A stretch of DNA of 64,000 nucleotides, taken from NCBI RefSeq assembly GCF_044704955.1, contig NC_092001.1, forward strand, positions 19,592,001-19,656,000. Direction: 5' to 3'. Origin of the DNA: Pristiophorus japonicus. Lineage: Eukaryota. Under the pieces are notes generated by a model. It was not told where the DNA came from. It ran no database searches and saw nothing but the letters and a program-made list of their open reading frames with translations. Both the position numbers and the translations under genes were made by a program. Position 1 is the first letter of the stretch. Each line of letters starts with the position of its first letter. Positions 38,801 through 55,980 of the stretch are shown here, piece by piece.

Positions 38801-41800
38801 GACAGGTACAGATTATACCCCACACTCAATTACCAGAGACTGACAGGTACAGATTATACCCACACTCACTTACCAGACACTGACAGGTACAGATTATACC
38901 CCACACTCAAATACCAGAAACGGACAGGTACAGATTATAACCACACTCACTTACCAGAGACTGACAGGTGCAGATTATACCCCACACTCAAATACCAGAA
39001 ACGGACAGGTACAGATTATACCCACACTCACTTACCAGAGACTGACAGGTACAGATTATACACCACACTCAAGTACCAGAAACGGACAATTACAGATTAT
39101 ACTCGACACTCACTTACCAGAAAATGACAGGTGCAGATTATACCCCACACTCAAATACCATAAACTGACAGGTACAGATTATACGCACAATCACATATCA
39201 GAGACTGACAGATACAGTTTATACCCACACTCTCATAGCAGAGACTGACAGGTACAGATTTAAACCACACTCACATACCAGAGACTGACAAGTACAGATT
39301 ATAACCACACTCACACACCAGAGACTGACAGGTATAGATTAAACCACACTCACATACGAGAGACTGACAGGTACAGATTAAAACCACACTCACATACCAT
39401 AGACTGACAGGTAAAGATTATACCCACACTCACGTACCAGAAACTGACACGTACAGATTATACCCCATAACACACATACTAGAAATGGACAAATACAGAT
39501 TATGTCCACACTCACATACCAGTCACTGACAGGTACAGATTATACCCACACAATCACATACCAGAAACTGACAGGCACAGATTATATCCCACAATCACAC
39601 ACCAGAAAATGACAGGTACAGATTATACCACACTCATACACCAGAGACTGACAGGTTCAGGTTATACCCCACACTCACAGACCAGAGACTGACAGGTACA
39701 GATTATACACACACTCACATACAGAAACTGACAGGTACAGATTATACCCACACTCACTTACCAGTGATTGACAGGTACAGTTTATACCTACACTCACTTA
39801 CCAGAAACTCACAGGTACAGATTATACCCACACTCACAAACCAGAAAATGACAGTTACAGATTGTACCCCACGCTCACACAACAGAGACTGAAATATACA
39901 GATTATACTCGACACTCACATACCAGAGACTGACAGGTACAAATGAAACCCCACACTCAAATACCAGAAACTGACAGGTACAGATTATACCCCACACATA
40001 CATACCAGAGACTGACAGGTACAGAGTATACTTCAGATTCACAAAACAGAGACTGAATGGTACAGACTATACCCCACACACACATACCAGAAATTGACAG
40101 GTACAGATTATACCCACACTCACATACCAGAAAATGACAGGTACAGATTATACCCCATAATCACATACCAGAGACTGACAGGTACAGATTAAAACCACAC
40201 TCACATACCATAGACTGACAGGTAAAGATTGTACCCACATTCACTTACCAGAAAATGACAGGTATAGTTTATACCTCACACTGAAAATCCAGAGACTGAC
40301 ACGTACAGATTATACCCCATAACACACATACCAGAAAATGACTGCTGCAGATTATATCCCACACTCACATACCAGAGACTGACAGGTACAGTTAATACCG
40401 CACACTCACATATCAGATACACAGAGGTACAGATTATACCCACCCTCATATAACTGAGACTGAAAGGTACAGATTATGCCTCACACTCAAAAAGCGGAGA
40501 CTGACACGTACAGATTATACCCACACTCATTTACCAGAAACTGACAGGTACAGATTATACTTCACATTCACAAAACAGAGACTGAATAGTACAAACTATA
40601 CCCCACACACGCATACCAGGAATTGACAGGTACAGATTATACCCACACTCACATGCCAGAAAATGACAGGTACAGATTATAGCCCATACTCACATACCAG
40701 ACACTGACAGGTACAGATTATACCACACACTCACATACCTGAGACTGAAATGTACAGATTATACCCCACATTCACTTACCATAGACTGCGAGGTACAGAT
40801 TATACCCCACACTCACATACCAGAGAGTGACTGGTACAGATTATAACCACACACACATGCCAGAAACTGACAAGTACAGATTATATCCACACTCATATAT
40901 CAGAGACTGAAAGGTACAGATTATACCCACACTCAATTAATTGAGACCGAAAGATACAGATTATACCCACACTCACATACCAGAAAATGACAGGTACAGA
41001 TTATACCCCATACTCACATACCAGACACTGACAGGTACATATTACACCCCACACTCACATACCAGAGACTGATAGGTACAGAGTATACCCCACACTCACA
41101 TACCTGAGACTGAAAGGTACAGATTATACCCCACATTCACTTACCAGAGACTGCGAGGTACAGATTATACCCCACACTCACATACCAGAGAGTGACTGGT
41201 ACAGATTATAACCACACACACATGCCAGAAACTGACAAGTACAGATTATATCCACACTCATATATCAGAGACTGAAAGGTACAGATTATACCCACACTCA
41301 ATTAATTGAGACCGAAAGATACAGATTATACCGACAATTACTTACCAGAGACTGACAGGTACAGATTATACCCACACTCACTTACCAGAGACTGGCAGGT
41401 ACAGATTATACCCCACACTCACTTACCAGAGACTGACAGGTACAGATTATACCCCACACTCACTTACCAGAGACTGACATGTACAGATTATACCCCGCAC
41501 TCAAATACCAGAAACGGACAGTTACAGATTATACCAACACTCACTTACCAGAGACTGATAGGTACAGATTTTACCCACACTCACATGCCAGAAACGGACA
41601 GGTTCAGATTATACCACACTCACTTCCCAGACACTGACAGGTACAGATTATACCCCACACTAAGATACCAGAAACGGACCATTCCAGATTATACCCACAC
41701 TCACTTACCAGAGACTGACATGTACAGATTATGCCCCACACTCAAATACCAGAAACGGACAGGTACAGATTATACCCACACTCACTTACCAGGGACTGAC

Positions 41801-44800
41801 AGGTACAGATTATACCCCACAATCAAATACCAGAAACGGACAAGTACAGATTATAATCACACTCACATACCAGTCACTGACAGGTACTGATTATACCCAC
41901 ACTCACATTCAAGAAACTGAGAGGTACAGATTATAACACACAATCACAAACCAGAAACTGACAGGCACAGATTATACCCCACAATCACATACCAGAAAAT
42001 GATAGGTACAGATTATACCACACTCATACACCAGAGACTGACAAATACAGGTTATACCCCGCACTCACAGACCAGAGACTGACAGGTACAGATTATACAC
42101 ACACTCACATACAGAAACTGACAGGTACAGGTTACACCCACACTCATTTACCAGTGATTGACAGGTAAAGTTTATACCTACACTCACTTACGAGAAACTC
42201 ACAGGTACAGATTATAACCACACTCACATACCAGAAAATAACAGTTACAGATTGTACCCCACGCTCACACAACAGAGACTGAAATATACAGATTATACTT
42301 GACACTCACATACCAGAGACTGACATGTACAAATTATACCCCACACTCACATACCAGAAACTGACAGGTACAGAATATACCGACAATCACATATCAGAGG
42401 CTGACAGATACAGCTTATACCCACAGTAACATACCAAAGACGGACAGGTACAGATTATAACCACACTCACATACCAGAGACTGACTGGTACATATTATAC
42501 CCCACACGTACATACCAGAGACTGACAGGTAGAGATTATACCCACACTCATTTACCAGAAACTGACAGGTACAGATTATACTTCACATTCACAAAACAGA
42601 GACTGAATAGTACAAACTATACCCCACACACGCATACCAGGAATTGACAGTTACAGATTATACCCACACTCACTTACCAGAAACTCACAGGTACAGATTA
42701 TACCCACACTCACAAACCAGAAAATGACAGTTACAGATTGTACCCCACGCTCACACAACAGAGACTGAAATATACAGATTATACTCGACACTGACATACC
42801 AGAGACTGACAGGTACAAATTATACCCCACACTCAAATACCAGAAACTGACAGGTACAGATTATACCCAACACATACATACCAGAGACTGACAGGTACAG
42901 AGTATACATCAGATTCACAAACCAGAGACTGAATGGTACAGACTATATCCCACACACACATACCAGAAATTGACAGGTACATATTATACCCACACTCACA
43001 TACCAGAAAATGACAGGTACAGATTATACCCCATAATCACATACCAGACATTGACAGGTACAGATTACACCCCAAACTCACATATCAGAGACTGACAGGT
43101 ACAGAGTATACCCCACACTCACATACCAGAGACGGACAGGAACAGATTATAACCACACTCACATACCAGAGACTGACAGGTACAGATTAAAACCACACTC
43201 ACATACCATAGACTGACAGGTAAAGATTGTACACACATTCACTTACCAGAAAATGACAGGTATAGTTTATACCTCACACTGAAAAACCAGAGACTGACAC
43301 GTACAGATTATACCCCATAACACACATACCAGAAAATGACTGCTACAGATTATACCCCACACTCACATACCAGAGACTGACAGGTACAGTTAATACCGCA
43401 CACTCACATATCAGATACAGAGAGGTACAGATTATACCCACCCTCATATACCTGAGACTGAAAGGTGCAGATTATGCCTCACACTCAAAAACTGGAGACT
43501 GACACGTACAGATTATACCCACACTCATTTACCAGAAACTGACAGGCACAGATTATACTTCACATTCACAAAACAGCTACTGAATAGTACAAACTATACC
43601 CCACACACGCATACCAGGAATTGACAGGTACAGATTATACCCACACTCACATACCAGAAATTGACAGGTACAGATTATACCCCATACTCACATACCAGAC
43701 ACTGACAGGTACATATTACACCCCACACTCACATACCAGAGACTGATAGGTACAGATTATACCCCACACTCACATACCTGAGACTGAAAGGTACAGATTA
43801 TACCCCACATTCACTTACCAGAGACTGCGAGGTACAGATTATACCCCACACTCACATACCAGAGAGTGACTGGTATAGATTATAACCACACACACATGCC
43901 AGAAACTGACAAGTACAGATTATATCCACACTCATATATCAGAGACTGAAAGGTACAGATTATACCCACACTCAATTAATTGAGACCGAAAGATACAGAT
44001 TATACCGACAATTACTTACCAGAAACTGACAGGTACAGATTATACCCACACTCACTTACCAGAGACTGACAGGTACAGATTATACCCCACACTCACTTAC
44101 CAGAGACTGACAGGTACAGATTATACCCCACACTCACTTACCAGAGACTGACATGTACAGATTATACCCCACACTCAAATACCAGAAACGGACAGTTACA
44201 GATTATACCAACACTCACTTACCAGAGACTGATAGGTACAGATTTTACCCACACTCACATGCCAGAAACGGACAGGTTCAGATTATACCACACTCACTTC
44301 CCAGACACTGACAGGTGCAGATTATACCCCACACTAAAATACCAGAAACGGACCATTCCAGATTATACCCACACTCACTTACCAGAGACTGACATGTACA
44401 GATTATGCCCCACACTCAAATACCAGAAACGGACAGGTACAGATTATACCCACACTCACTTACCAGGGACTGACAGGTACAGATTATACCCCACAATCAA
44501 ATACCAGAAACGGACAAGTACAGATTATACTCACACTCACATACCAGTCACTGACAGGTAGTGATTATACCCACACTCACATTCAAGAAACTGAGAGGTA
44601 CAGATTATAACACACAATCACATACCAGAAACTGACAGGCACAGATTATACCCCACAATCACATACCAGAAAATGATAGGTACAGATTATACCACACTCA
44701 TACACCAGAGACTGACAAATACAGGTTATACCCCACACTCACAGACCAGAGACTGACACGTACAGATTATACACACACTCACATACAGTAACTGACAGGT

Positions 44801-47800
44801 ACAGATTATACCCACACTCATTTACCAGTGATTGACAGGTAAAGTTTATACCTACACTCAATTACGAGAAACTCACAGGTACAGATTATAACCACACTCA
44901 CATACCAGAAAATGACAGTTACAGATTGTACCCCACGCTCACACAACAGAGACTGAAATATACAGATTATACTCGACACTCACATACCAGAGACTGACAG
45001 GTACAAATTATACCCCACACTCACATACCAGAAACTGAGAGGTACAGATTATACCGACAATCACATATCAGAGGCTGACAGATACAGCTTATACCCACAG
45101 TCACATACCAAAGACGGACAGGTACAGATTATAACCACACTCACATACCAGAGACTGACTGGTACATATTATACCCCACACATACATACCAGAGACTGAC
45201 AGGTACAGATTATACCCACACTCATTTACCAGAAACTGACAGGTACAGATTATACTTCACATTCACAAAACAGAGACTGAATAGTACAAACTATACCCCA
45301 CACACGCATACCAGGAATTGACAGTTACAGATTATACCCACACTCACTTACCAGAAACTCACAGGTACAGATTATACCCACACTCACAAACCAGAAAATG
45401 ACATTTACAGATTGTACCCCACGCTCACACAACAGAGACTGAAATATACAGATTATACTCGACACTCACATACCAGAGACTGACAGGTACAAATTATACC
45501 CCACACTCAAATACCAGAAACCGACAGGTACAGATTATACCCCACACACACATACCAGAGACTGACAGGTACAGAGTATACTTCAGATTCACAAAACAGA
45601 GACTGAATGGTACAGACTATACCCCACACACACATACCAGAAATTGACAGGTACAGATTATACCCACACTCACATACCAGAAAATGACAGGTACAGATTA
45701 TACCCCATAATCACATACCAGACACTGACAGGTACAGATTACACCCCACACTCACATATCAGAGACTGACAGGTACAGATTATACCCCACACTCACATAC
45801 CAGAGACGGACAGGTACAGATTATAACCACACTCACATACCAGAGACTGACAGGTACAGATTAAAACCACACTCACATACCATAGACTGACAGGTAAAGA
45901 TTATACCCACATTCACTTACCAGAAAATGACAGGTATAGTTTTTACCTCACACTGAAAAACCAGAGACTGACACGTACAGATTATACCCCATAACATACA
46001 TACCAGAAAATGACTGCTACAGATTATACCCCACACTCACATACCAGAGACTGACAGGTACAGTTAATACCGCACACTCACATATCAGATACAGAGAGGT
46101 ACAGATTATACCCACCCACATATACCTGAGACTGAAAGGTACAGATTATGCCTCACACTCAAAAACCGGAGACTGACACGTACAGATTATACCCACACTC
46201 ATTTACCAGAAACTGACAGATACAGATTATACTTCACATTCACAAAACAGAGACTGAATAGTACAAACTATACCCCACACACGCATACCAGGAATTGACA
46301 GTTACAGATTATACCCACACTCACATACCAGAAAATGACAGGTACAGATTATACCCCATACTCACATACCAGACACTGACAGTTACATATTACACCCCAC
46401 ACTCACATACCAGAGACTGATAGGTACAGATTATACCCCAAACTCACATACCTGAGACTGAAAGGCACAGATTATAACCCACATTCACTTACCAGAGACT
46501 GCGAGGTACAGATTATACCCCACACTCACATACCATAGAGTGACTGGTACAGATTATAACCACACACACATGCCAGAAACTGACAAGTACAGATTATATC
46601 CACACTCATATATCAGAGACTGAAAGGTACAGATTATACCCACACTCAATTAATTGAGACCGAAAGATACAGATTATACCGACAATTACTTACCAGAGAC
46701 TGACAGGTACAGATTATACCCACACTCACTTACCAGAGACTGACAGGTACAGATTATACCCCACACTCACTTACCAGAGACTGACAGGTACAGATTATAA
46801 CCCACACTCACTTACCAGAGACTGACATGTACAGATTATACCCCACACTCAAATACCAGAAACGGACAGTTACAGATTATACCAACACTCACTTACCAGA
46901 GACTGATAGGTACAGATTTTACCCACACTCACATGCCAGAAACGGACAGGTTCAGATTATACCACACTCACTTCCCAGACACTGACAGGTACAGATTATA
47001 CCCCACACTAAAATACCAGAAACGGACCATTCCAGATTATACCCACACTCACTTACCAGGGACTGACAGGTACAGATTATACCCCACACTCAAATACCAG
47101 AAACGGACAAGTACAGGTTATACTCACACTCACATACCAGTCACTGACAGGTACTGATTATACCCACACTCATATGCAAGAAAATGAGAGGTACAGATTA
47201 TAACACACAATCACATTCCAGAAACTGACAGGCACAGATTATACCCCACAATCACATACCAGAAAATGATAGGTACAGATTATACCACACTCATACACCA
47301 GAGACTGACAAATACAGGTTATACCCCACACTCACAGACCAGAGACTGACAGGTACAGATTATACACACACTCACATACAGAAACTGACAGGTACAGGTT
47401 ATACCCACACTCATTTACCAGTGATTGACAGGTAAAGTTTATACCTACACTCACTTACGAGAAACTCACAGGAACAGATTATAACCACACTCATATACCA
47501 GAAAATGACAGTTACAGATTGTACCCCACGCTCACACAACAGAGACTGAAATATCCAGATTATACTCGACACTCACATACCAGAGACTGACAGGTACAAA
47601 TTATACCCCACACTCACATACCAGAAACTGACAGGTACAGAATATACCGACAATCACATATCAGAGGCTGACAGATACAGCTTATACCCACAGTCACATA
47701 CCAAAGACGGACAGGTACAGATTATAACCACACTCACATACCAGAGACTGACTGGTGCATATTATACCTCACACATACATACCAGAGACTGACAGGTACA

Positions 47801-50800
47801 GATTATACCCACACTCATTTACCAGAAACTGACAGGTACAGATTATACTTCACATTCACAAAACAGAGACTGAATAGTACAAACTATACCCCACACACGC
47901 ATACCAGGAATTGACAGTTACAGATTATACCCACACTCACATACCAGAAACTCACAGGTACAGATTATACCCACACTCACAAACCAGAAAATGACAGTTA
48001 CAGATTGTACCTCACGCTCACACAACAGAGACTGAAATATACAGATTATACTCGGCACTCACATACCAGAGACTGACAGGTACAAATTATACCCCACACT
48101 CAAATACCAGAAAGTGACAGGTACAGATTATACCCCACACATACATACCAGAGACTGACAGGTACAGAGTATACTTCAGATTCACAAAACAGAGACTGAA
48201 TGGTACAGACTATACCCCACACACACACACCAGAAATTGACAGGTACAGATTATACACACACTCACATACCAGAAAATGACAGGTACAGATTATACCCCA
48301 TAATCACATACCAGACACTGACAGGTACAGATTACACCCCACACTCACATATCAGGGACTGACAGGTACAGATTATACCCCACACTCACATACCAGAGAC
48401 GAACAGGTACAGATTATAACCACACTCACATACCAGAGACTGACAGGTACAGATTAAAACCACACTCACATACCATAGACTGAGAGGTAAAGATTGTACC
48501 CACATTCACTTACCAGAAAATGACAAGTATAGTTTATACCTCACACTGAAAAACCAGAGACTGATACGTACATATTATACCCCATAACACACATACCAGA
48601 AAATGACTGCTGCAGATTATACCCCACACTCACATACCAGAGACTGACAGGTACAGTTAATACCGCACACTCACATATCAGATACAGAGAGGTACAGATT
48701 ATACCCACCCTCATATACCTGAAACTGAAAGGTACAGATTATGCCTCGCACTCAAAAACCGGAGACTGACACGTACAGATTATACCCACACTCATTTACC
48801 AGAAACTGACAGATACAGATTATACTTCACATTCACAAAACAGAGACTGAATAGTACAAACTATACCCCACACACGCATACCAGGAATTGACAGGTACAG
48901 ATTATACCCACACTCACATACCAGAAAATGGCAGGTACAGATTATACCCCATACTCACATACCAGACACTGACAGGTACATATTACACCCCACACTCACA
49001 TACCAGAGACTGATAGGTACAGATTATACCCCACACTCACATACCTGAGACTGAAAGGTACAGATTATACCCCACATTCACTTACCAGAGACTGCGAGGT
49101 ACAGATTATAACCCACACTCACATACCAGAGAGTGACTGGTACAGATTATAACCACACACACATGCCAGAAACTGACAAGTACAGATTATATCCACACTC
49201 ATATATCAGAGACTGAAAGGTACAGATTATACCCACACTCAATTAATTGAGACCGAAAGATACAGATTATACCGACAATTACTTACCAGAGACTGACAGG
49301 TACAGATTATACCCACACTCACTTACCAGAGACTGACAGGTACAGATTATACCCCACACTCACTTACCAGAGACTGACAGGTACAGATTATACCCCACAC
49401 TCACTTACCAGAGACTGACATGTACAGATTATACCCCACACTCAAATACCAGAAATGGACAGTTACAGATTATACCAACACTCACTTACCAGAGACTGAT
49501 AGGTACAGATTTTACCCACACTCACATGCCAGAAACGGACAGGTTCAGATTATAACACACTCACTTCCCAGACACTGACAGGTAAAGATTATACCCCACA
49601 CTAAAATACCAGAAACGGACCATTCCAGATTATACCCACACTCACTTACCAGAGACTGACATGTACAGATTATGCCCCACACTCAAATACCAAAACGGAC
49701 AGGTACAGATTATACCCACACTCACTTACCAGGGACTGACAGGTACAGATTATACCTCACACTCAAATACCAGAAACGGACAAGTACAGATTATACTCAC
49801 ACTCACATACCAGTCACTGACAGGTACTGATTATACCCACACTCATATGCAAGAAACTGAGAGGTACAGATTATAACACACAATCACATACCAGAAAATG
49901 ATAGGTACAGATTATACCACACTCATACACCAGAGACTGACAGGTACAGGTTATACCCCACACTCACAGACCAGAGACTGACAGTTACAGATTATACACA
50001 CACTCACATACAGAAACTGACAGGTGCAGATTATACCCACACTCATTTACCAGTGATTGACAGGTAAAGTTTATACCTACACTCACTTACGAGAAACTCA
50101 CAGGTACAGATTATAATCACACTCACATACCAGAAAATGACAGTTACAGATTGTACCCCACGCTCACACAACAGAGACTGAAATATACAGATTATACTCG
50201 ACACTCACATACCAGAGACTGACAGGTACAAATTATACCCCACACTCACATACCAGAAACTGACAGGTACAGATTATACCGACAATCACATATCAGAGGC
50301 TGACAGATACAGCTTATACCCACAGGCACATACCAAAGACGGACAGGTACAGATTATAACCACACTCACATACCAGAGACTGACTGGTACATATTATACC
50401 CCACACATACATACCAGAGACTGACAGGTACAGATTATACCCACACTCATTTACCAGAAACTGACAGGTACAGATTATACTTCACATTCACAAAACAGAG
50501 ACTGAATAGTACAAACTATACCCCACACACGCATACCAGGAATTGACAGTTACAGATTATACCCACACTCACTTACCAGAAACTCACAGGTACAGATTAT
50601 ACCCACACTCACAAACCAGAAAATGACATTTACAGATTGTACCCCACGCTCACACAACAGAGACTGAAATATACAGATTATACTCGACACTCACATACCA
50701 GAGACTGACAGGTACAAATTATACCCCACACTCAAATACCAGAAACCGACAGGTACAGATTATACCCCACACACACATACCAGAGACTGACAGGTACAGA

Positions 50801-53800
50801 GTATACTTCAGATTCACAAAACAGAGACTGAATGGTACAGACTATACCCCACACACACATACCAGAAATTGACAGGTACAGATTATACCCACACTCACAT
50901 ACCAGAAAATGACAGGTACAGATTATACCCCATAATCACATACCAGACACTGACAGGTACAGATTACACCCCACACTCACATATCAGAGACTGACAGGTA
51001 CAGATTATACCCCACACTCACATACCAGAGACGGACAGGTACAGATTATAACCACACTCACATACCAGAGACTGACAGGTACAGATTAAAACCACACTCA
51101 CATACCATAGACTGACAGGTAAAGATTATACCCACATTCACTTACCAGAAAATGACAGGTATAGTTTTTACCTCACACTGAAAAACCAGAGACTGACACG
51201 TACAGATTATACCCCATAACATACATACCAGAAAATGACTGCTACAGATTATACCCCACACTCACATACCAGAGACTGACAGGTACAGTTAATACCGCAC
51301 ACTCACATATCAGATACAGAGAGGTACAGATTATACCCACCCACATATACCTGAGACTGAAAGGTACAGATTATGCCTCACACTCAAAAACCGGAGACTG
51401 ACACGTACAGATTATACCCACACTCATTTACCAGAAACTGACAGATACAGATTATACTTCACATTCACAAAACAGAGACTGAATAGTACAAACTATACCC
51501 CACACACGCATACCAGGAATTGACAGTTACAGATTATACCCACACTCACATACCAGAAAATGACAGGTACAGATTATACCCCATACTCACATACCAGACA
51601 CTGACAGTTACATATTACACCCCACACTCACATACCAGAGACTGATAGGTACAGATTATACCCCAAACTCACATACCTGAGACTGAAAGGCACAGATTAT
51701 AACCCACATTCACTTACCAGAGACTGCGAGGTACAGATTATACCCCACACTCACATACCATAGAGTGACTGGTACAGATTATAACCACACACACATGCCA
51801 GAAACTGACAAGTACAGATTATATCCACACTCATATATCAGAGACTGAAAGGTACAGATTATACCCACACTCAATTAATTGAGACCGAAAGATACAGATT
51901 ATACCGACAATTACTTACCAGAGACTGACAGGTACAGATTATACCCACACTCACTTACCAGAGACTGACAGGTACAGATTATACCCCACACTCACTTACC
52001 AGAGACTGACAGGTACAGATTATACCCCACACTCACTTACCAGAGACTGACATGTACAGATTATACCCCACACTCAAATACCAGAAACGGACAGTTACAG
52101 ATTATACCAACACTCACTTACCAGAGACTGATAGGTACAGATTTTACCCACACTCACATGCCAGAAACGGACAGGTTCAGATTATACCACACTCACTTCC
52201 CAGACACTGACAGGTACAGATTATACCCCACACTAAAATACCAGAAACGGACCATTCCAGATTATACCCACACTCACTTACCAGGGACTGACAGGTACAG
52301 ATTATACCCCACACTCAAATACCAGAAACGGACAAGTACAGGTTATACTCACACTCACATACCAGTCACTGACAGGTACTGATTATACCCACACTCATAT
52401 GCAAGAAAATGAGAGGTACAGATTATAACACACAATCACATTCCAGAAACTGACAGGCACAGATTATACCCCACAATCACATACCAGAAAATGATAGGTA
52501 CAGATTATACCACACTCATACACCAGAGACTGACAAATACAGGTTATACCCCACACTCACAGACCAGAGACTGACAGGTACAGATTATACACACACTCAC
52601 ATACAGAAACTGACAGGTACAGGTTATACCCACACTCATTTACCAGTGATTGACAGGTAAAGTTTATACCTACACTCACTTACGAGAAACTCACAGGAAC
52701 AGATTATAACCACACTCATATACCAGAAAATGACAGTTACAGATTGTACCCCACGCTCACACAACAGAGACTGAAATATCCAGATTATACTCGACACTCA
52801 CATACCAGAGACTGACAGGTACAAATTATACCCCACACTCACATACCAGAAACTGACAGGTACAGAATATACCGACAATCACATATCAGAGGCTGACAGA
52901 TACAGCTTATACCCACAGTCACATACCAAAGACGGACAGGTACAGATTATAACCACACTCACATACCAGAGACTGACTGGTGCATATTATACCTCACACA
53001 TACATACCAGAGACTGACAGGTACAGATTATACCCACACTCATTTACCAGAAACTGACAGGTACAGATTATACTTCACATTCACAAAACAGAGACTGAAT
53101 AGTACAAACTATACCCCACACACGCATACCAGGAATTGACAGTTACAGATTATACCCACACTCACATACCAGAAACTCACAGGTACAGATTATACCCACA
53201 CTCACAAACCAGAAAATGACAGTTACAGATTGTACCTCACGCTCACACAACAGAGACTGAAATATACAGATTATACTCGGCACTCACATACCAGAGACTG
53301 ACAGGTACAAATTATACCCCACACTCAAATACCAGAAAGTGACAGGTACAGATTATACCCCACACATACATACCAGAGACTGACAGGTACAGAGTATACT
53401 TCAGATTCACAAAACAGAGACTGAATGGTACAGACTATACCCCACACACACACACCAGAAATTGACAGGTACAGATTATACACACACTCACATACCAGAA
53501 AATGACAGGTACAGATTATACCCCATAATCACATACCAGACACTGACAGGTACAGATTACACCCCACACTCACATATCAGGGACTGACAGGTACAGATTA
53601 TACCCCACACTCACATACCAGAGACGAACAGGTACAGATTATAACCACACTCACATACCAGAGACTGACAGGTACAGATTAAAACCACACTCACATACCA
53701 TAGACTGAGAGGTAAAGATTGTACCCACATTCACTTACCAGAAAATGACAAGTATAGTTTATACCTCACACTGAAAAACCAGAGACTGATACGTACATAT

Positions 53801-55980
53801 TATACCCCATAACACACATACCAGAAAATGACTGCTACAGATTATACCCCACACTCACATACCAGAGACTGACAGGTACAGTTAATACCGCACACTCACA
53901 TATCAGATACAGAGAGGTACAGATTATACCCACCCTCATATACCTGAAACTGAAAGGTACAGATTATGCCTCGCACTCAAAAACCGGAGACTGACACGTA
54001 CAGATTATACCCACACTCATTTACCAGAAACTGACAGATACAGATTATACTTCACATTCACAAAACAGAGACTGAATAGTACAAACTATACCCCACACAC
54101 GCATACCAGGAATTGACAGGTACAGATTATACCCACACTCACATACCAGAAAATGGCAGGTACAGATTATACCCCATACTCACATACCAGACACTGACAG
54201 GTACATATTACACCCCACACTCACATACCAGAGACTGATAGGTACAGATTATACCCCACACTCACATACCTGAGACTGAAAGGTACAGATTATACCCCAC
54301 ATTCACTTACCAGAGACTGCGAGGTACAGATTATACCCCACACTCACATACCAGAGAGTGACTGGTACAGATTATAACCACACACACATGCCAGAAACTG
54401 ACAAGTACAGATTATATCCACACTCATATATCAGAGACTGAAAGGTACAGATTATACCCACACTCAATTAATTGAGACCGAAAGATACAGATTATACCGA
54501 CAATTACTTACCAGAGACTGACAGGTACAGATTATACCCACACTCACTTACCAGAGACTGACAGGTACAGATTATACCCCACACTCACTTACCAGAGACT
54601 GACAGGTACAGATTATACCCCACACTCACTTACCAGAGACTGACATGTACAGATTATACCCCACACTCAAATACCAGAAATGGACAGTTACAGATTATAC
54701 CAACACTCACTTACCAGAGACTGATAGGTACAGATTTTACCCACACTCACATGCCAGAAACGGACAGGTTCAGATTATAACACACTCACTTCCCAGACAC
54801 TGACAGGTAAAGATTATACCCCACACTAAAATACCAGAAACGGACCATTCCAGATTATACCCACACTCACTTACCAGAGACTGACATGTACAGATTATGC
54901 CCCACACTCAAATACCAAAACGGACAGGTACAGATTATACCCACACTCACTTACCAGGGACTGACAGGTACAGATTATACCTCACACTCAAATACCAGAA
55001 ACGGACAAGTACAGATTATACTCACACTCACATACCAGTCACTGACAGGTACTGATTATACCCACACTCATATGCAAGAAACTGAGAGGTACAGATTATA
55101 ACACACAATCACATACCAGAAAATGATAGGTACAGATTATACCACACTCATACACCAGAGACTGACAGGTACAGGTTATACCCCACACTCACAGACCAGA
55201 GACTGACAGTTACAGATTATACACACACTCACATACAGAAACTGACAGGTGCAGATTATACCCACACTCATTTACCAGTGATTGACAGGTAAAGTTTATA
55301 CCTACACTCACTTACGAGAAACTCACAGGTACAGATTATAATCACACTCACATACCAGAAAATGACAGTTACAGATTGTACCCCACGCTCACACAACAGA
55401 GACTGAAATATACAGATTATACTCGACACTCACATACCAGAGACTGACAGGTACAAATTATACCCCACACTCACATACCAGAAACTGACAGGTACAGATT
55501 ATACCGACAATCACATATCAGAGGCTGACAGATACAGCTTATACCCACAGGCACATACCAAAGACGGACAGGTACAGATTATAACCACACTCACATACCA
55601 GAGACTGACTGGTACATATTATACCCCACACATACATACCAGAGACTGACAGGTACAGATTATACCCACACTCATTTACCAGAAACTGACAGGTACAGAT
55701 TATACTTCACATTCACAAAACAGAGACTGAATAGTACAAACTATACCCCACACACGCATACCAGGAATTGACAGTTACAGATTATACCCACACTCACATA
55801 CCAGAAAATGACAGGTACAGATTATACCCCATACTCACATACCAGACACTGACAGGTACATATTACACCCCACACTCACATACCAGAGACTGACAGGTAC
55901 AGATTATACCCACACTCACATACCAGAAACTGACAGGTACAGATTATAACCACACTCACATACCAGAGACTGACAAGTAC
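23880..55980. repeat. ~32 kb satellite array of 40/41-bp monomers (CCACACTCACATACCAGAGACTGACAGGTACAGATTATAC[C]), ~790 copies, with higher-order repeats
   Basis: Directly visible; identical ORF pairs 5956 bp apart (26014/31970, 26701/32657) and 5225 bp apart (46933/52158, 49661/54886). Confidence 0.98.
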
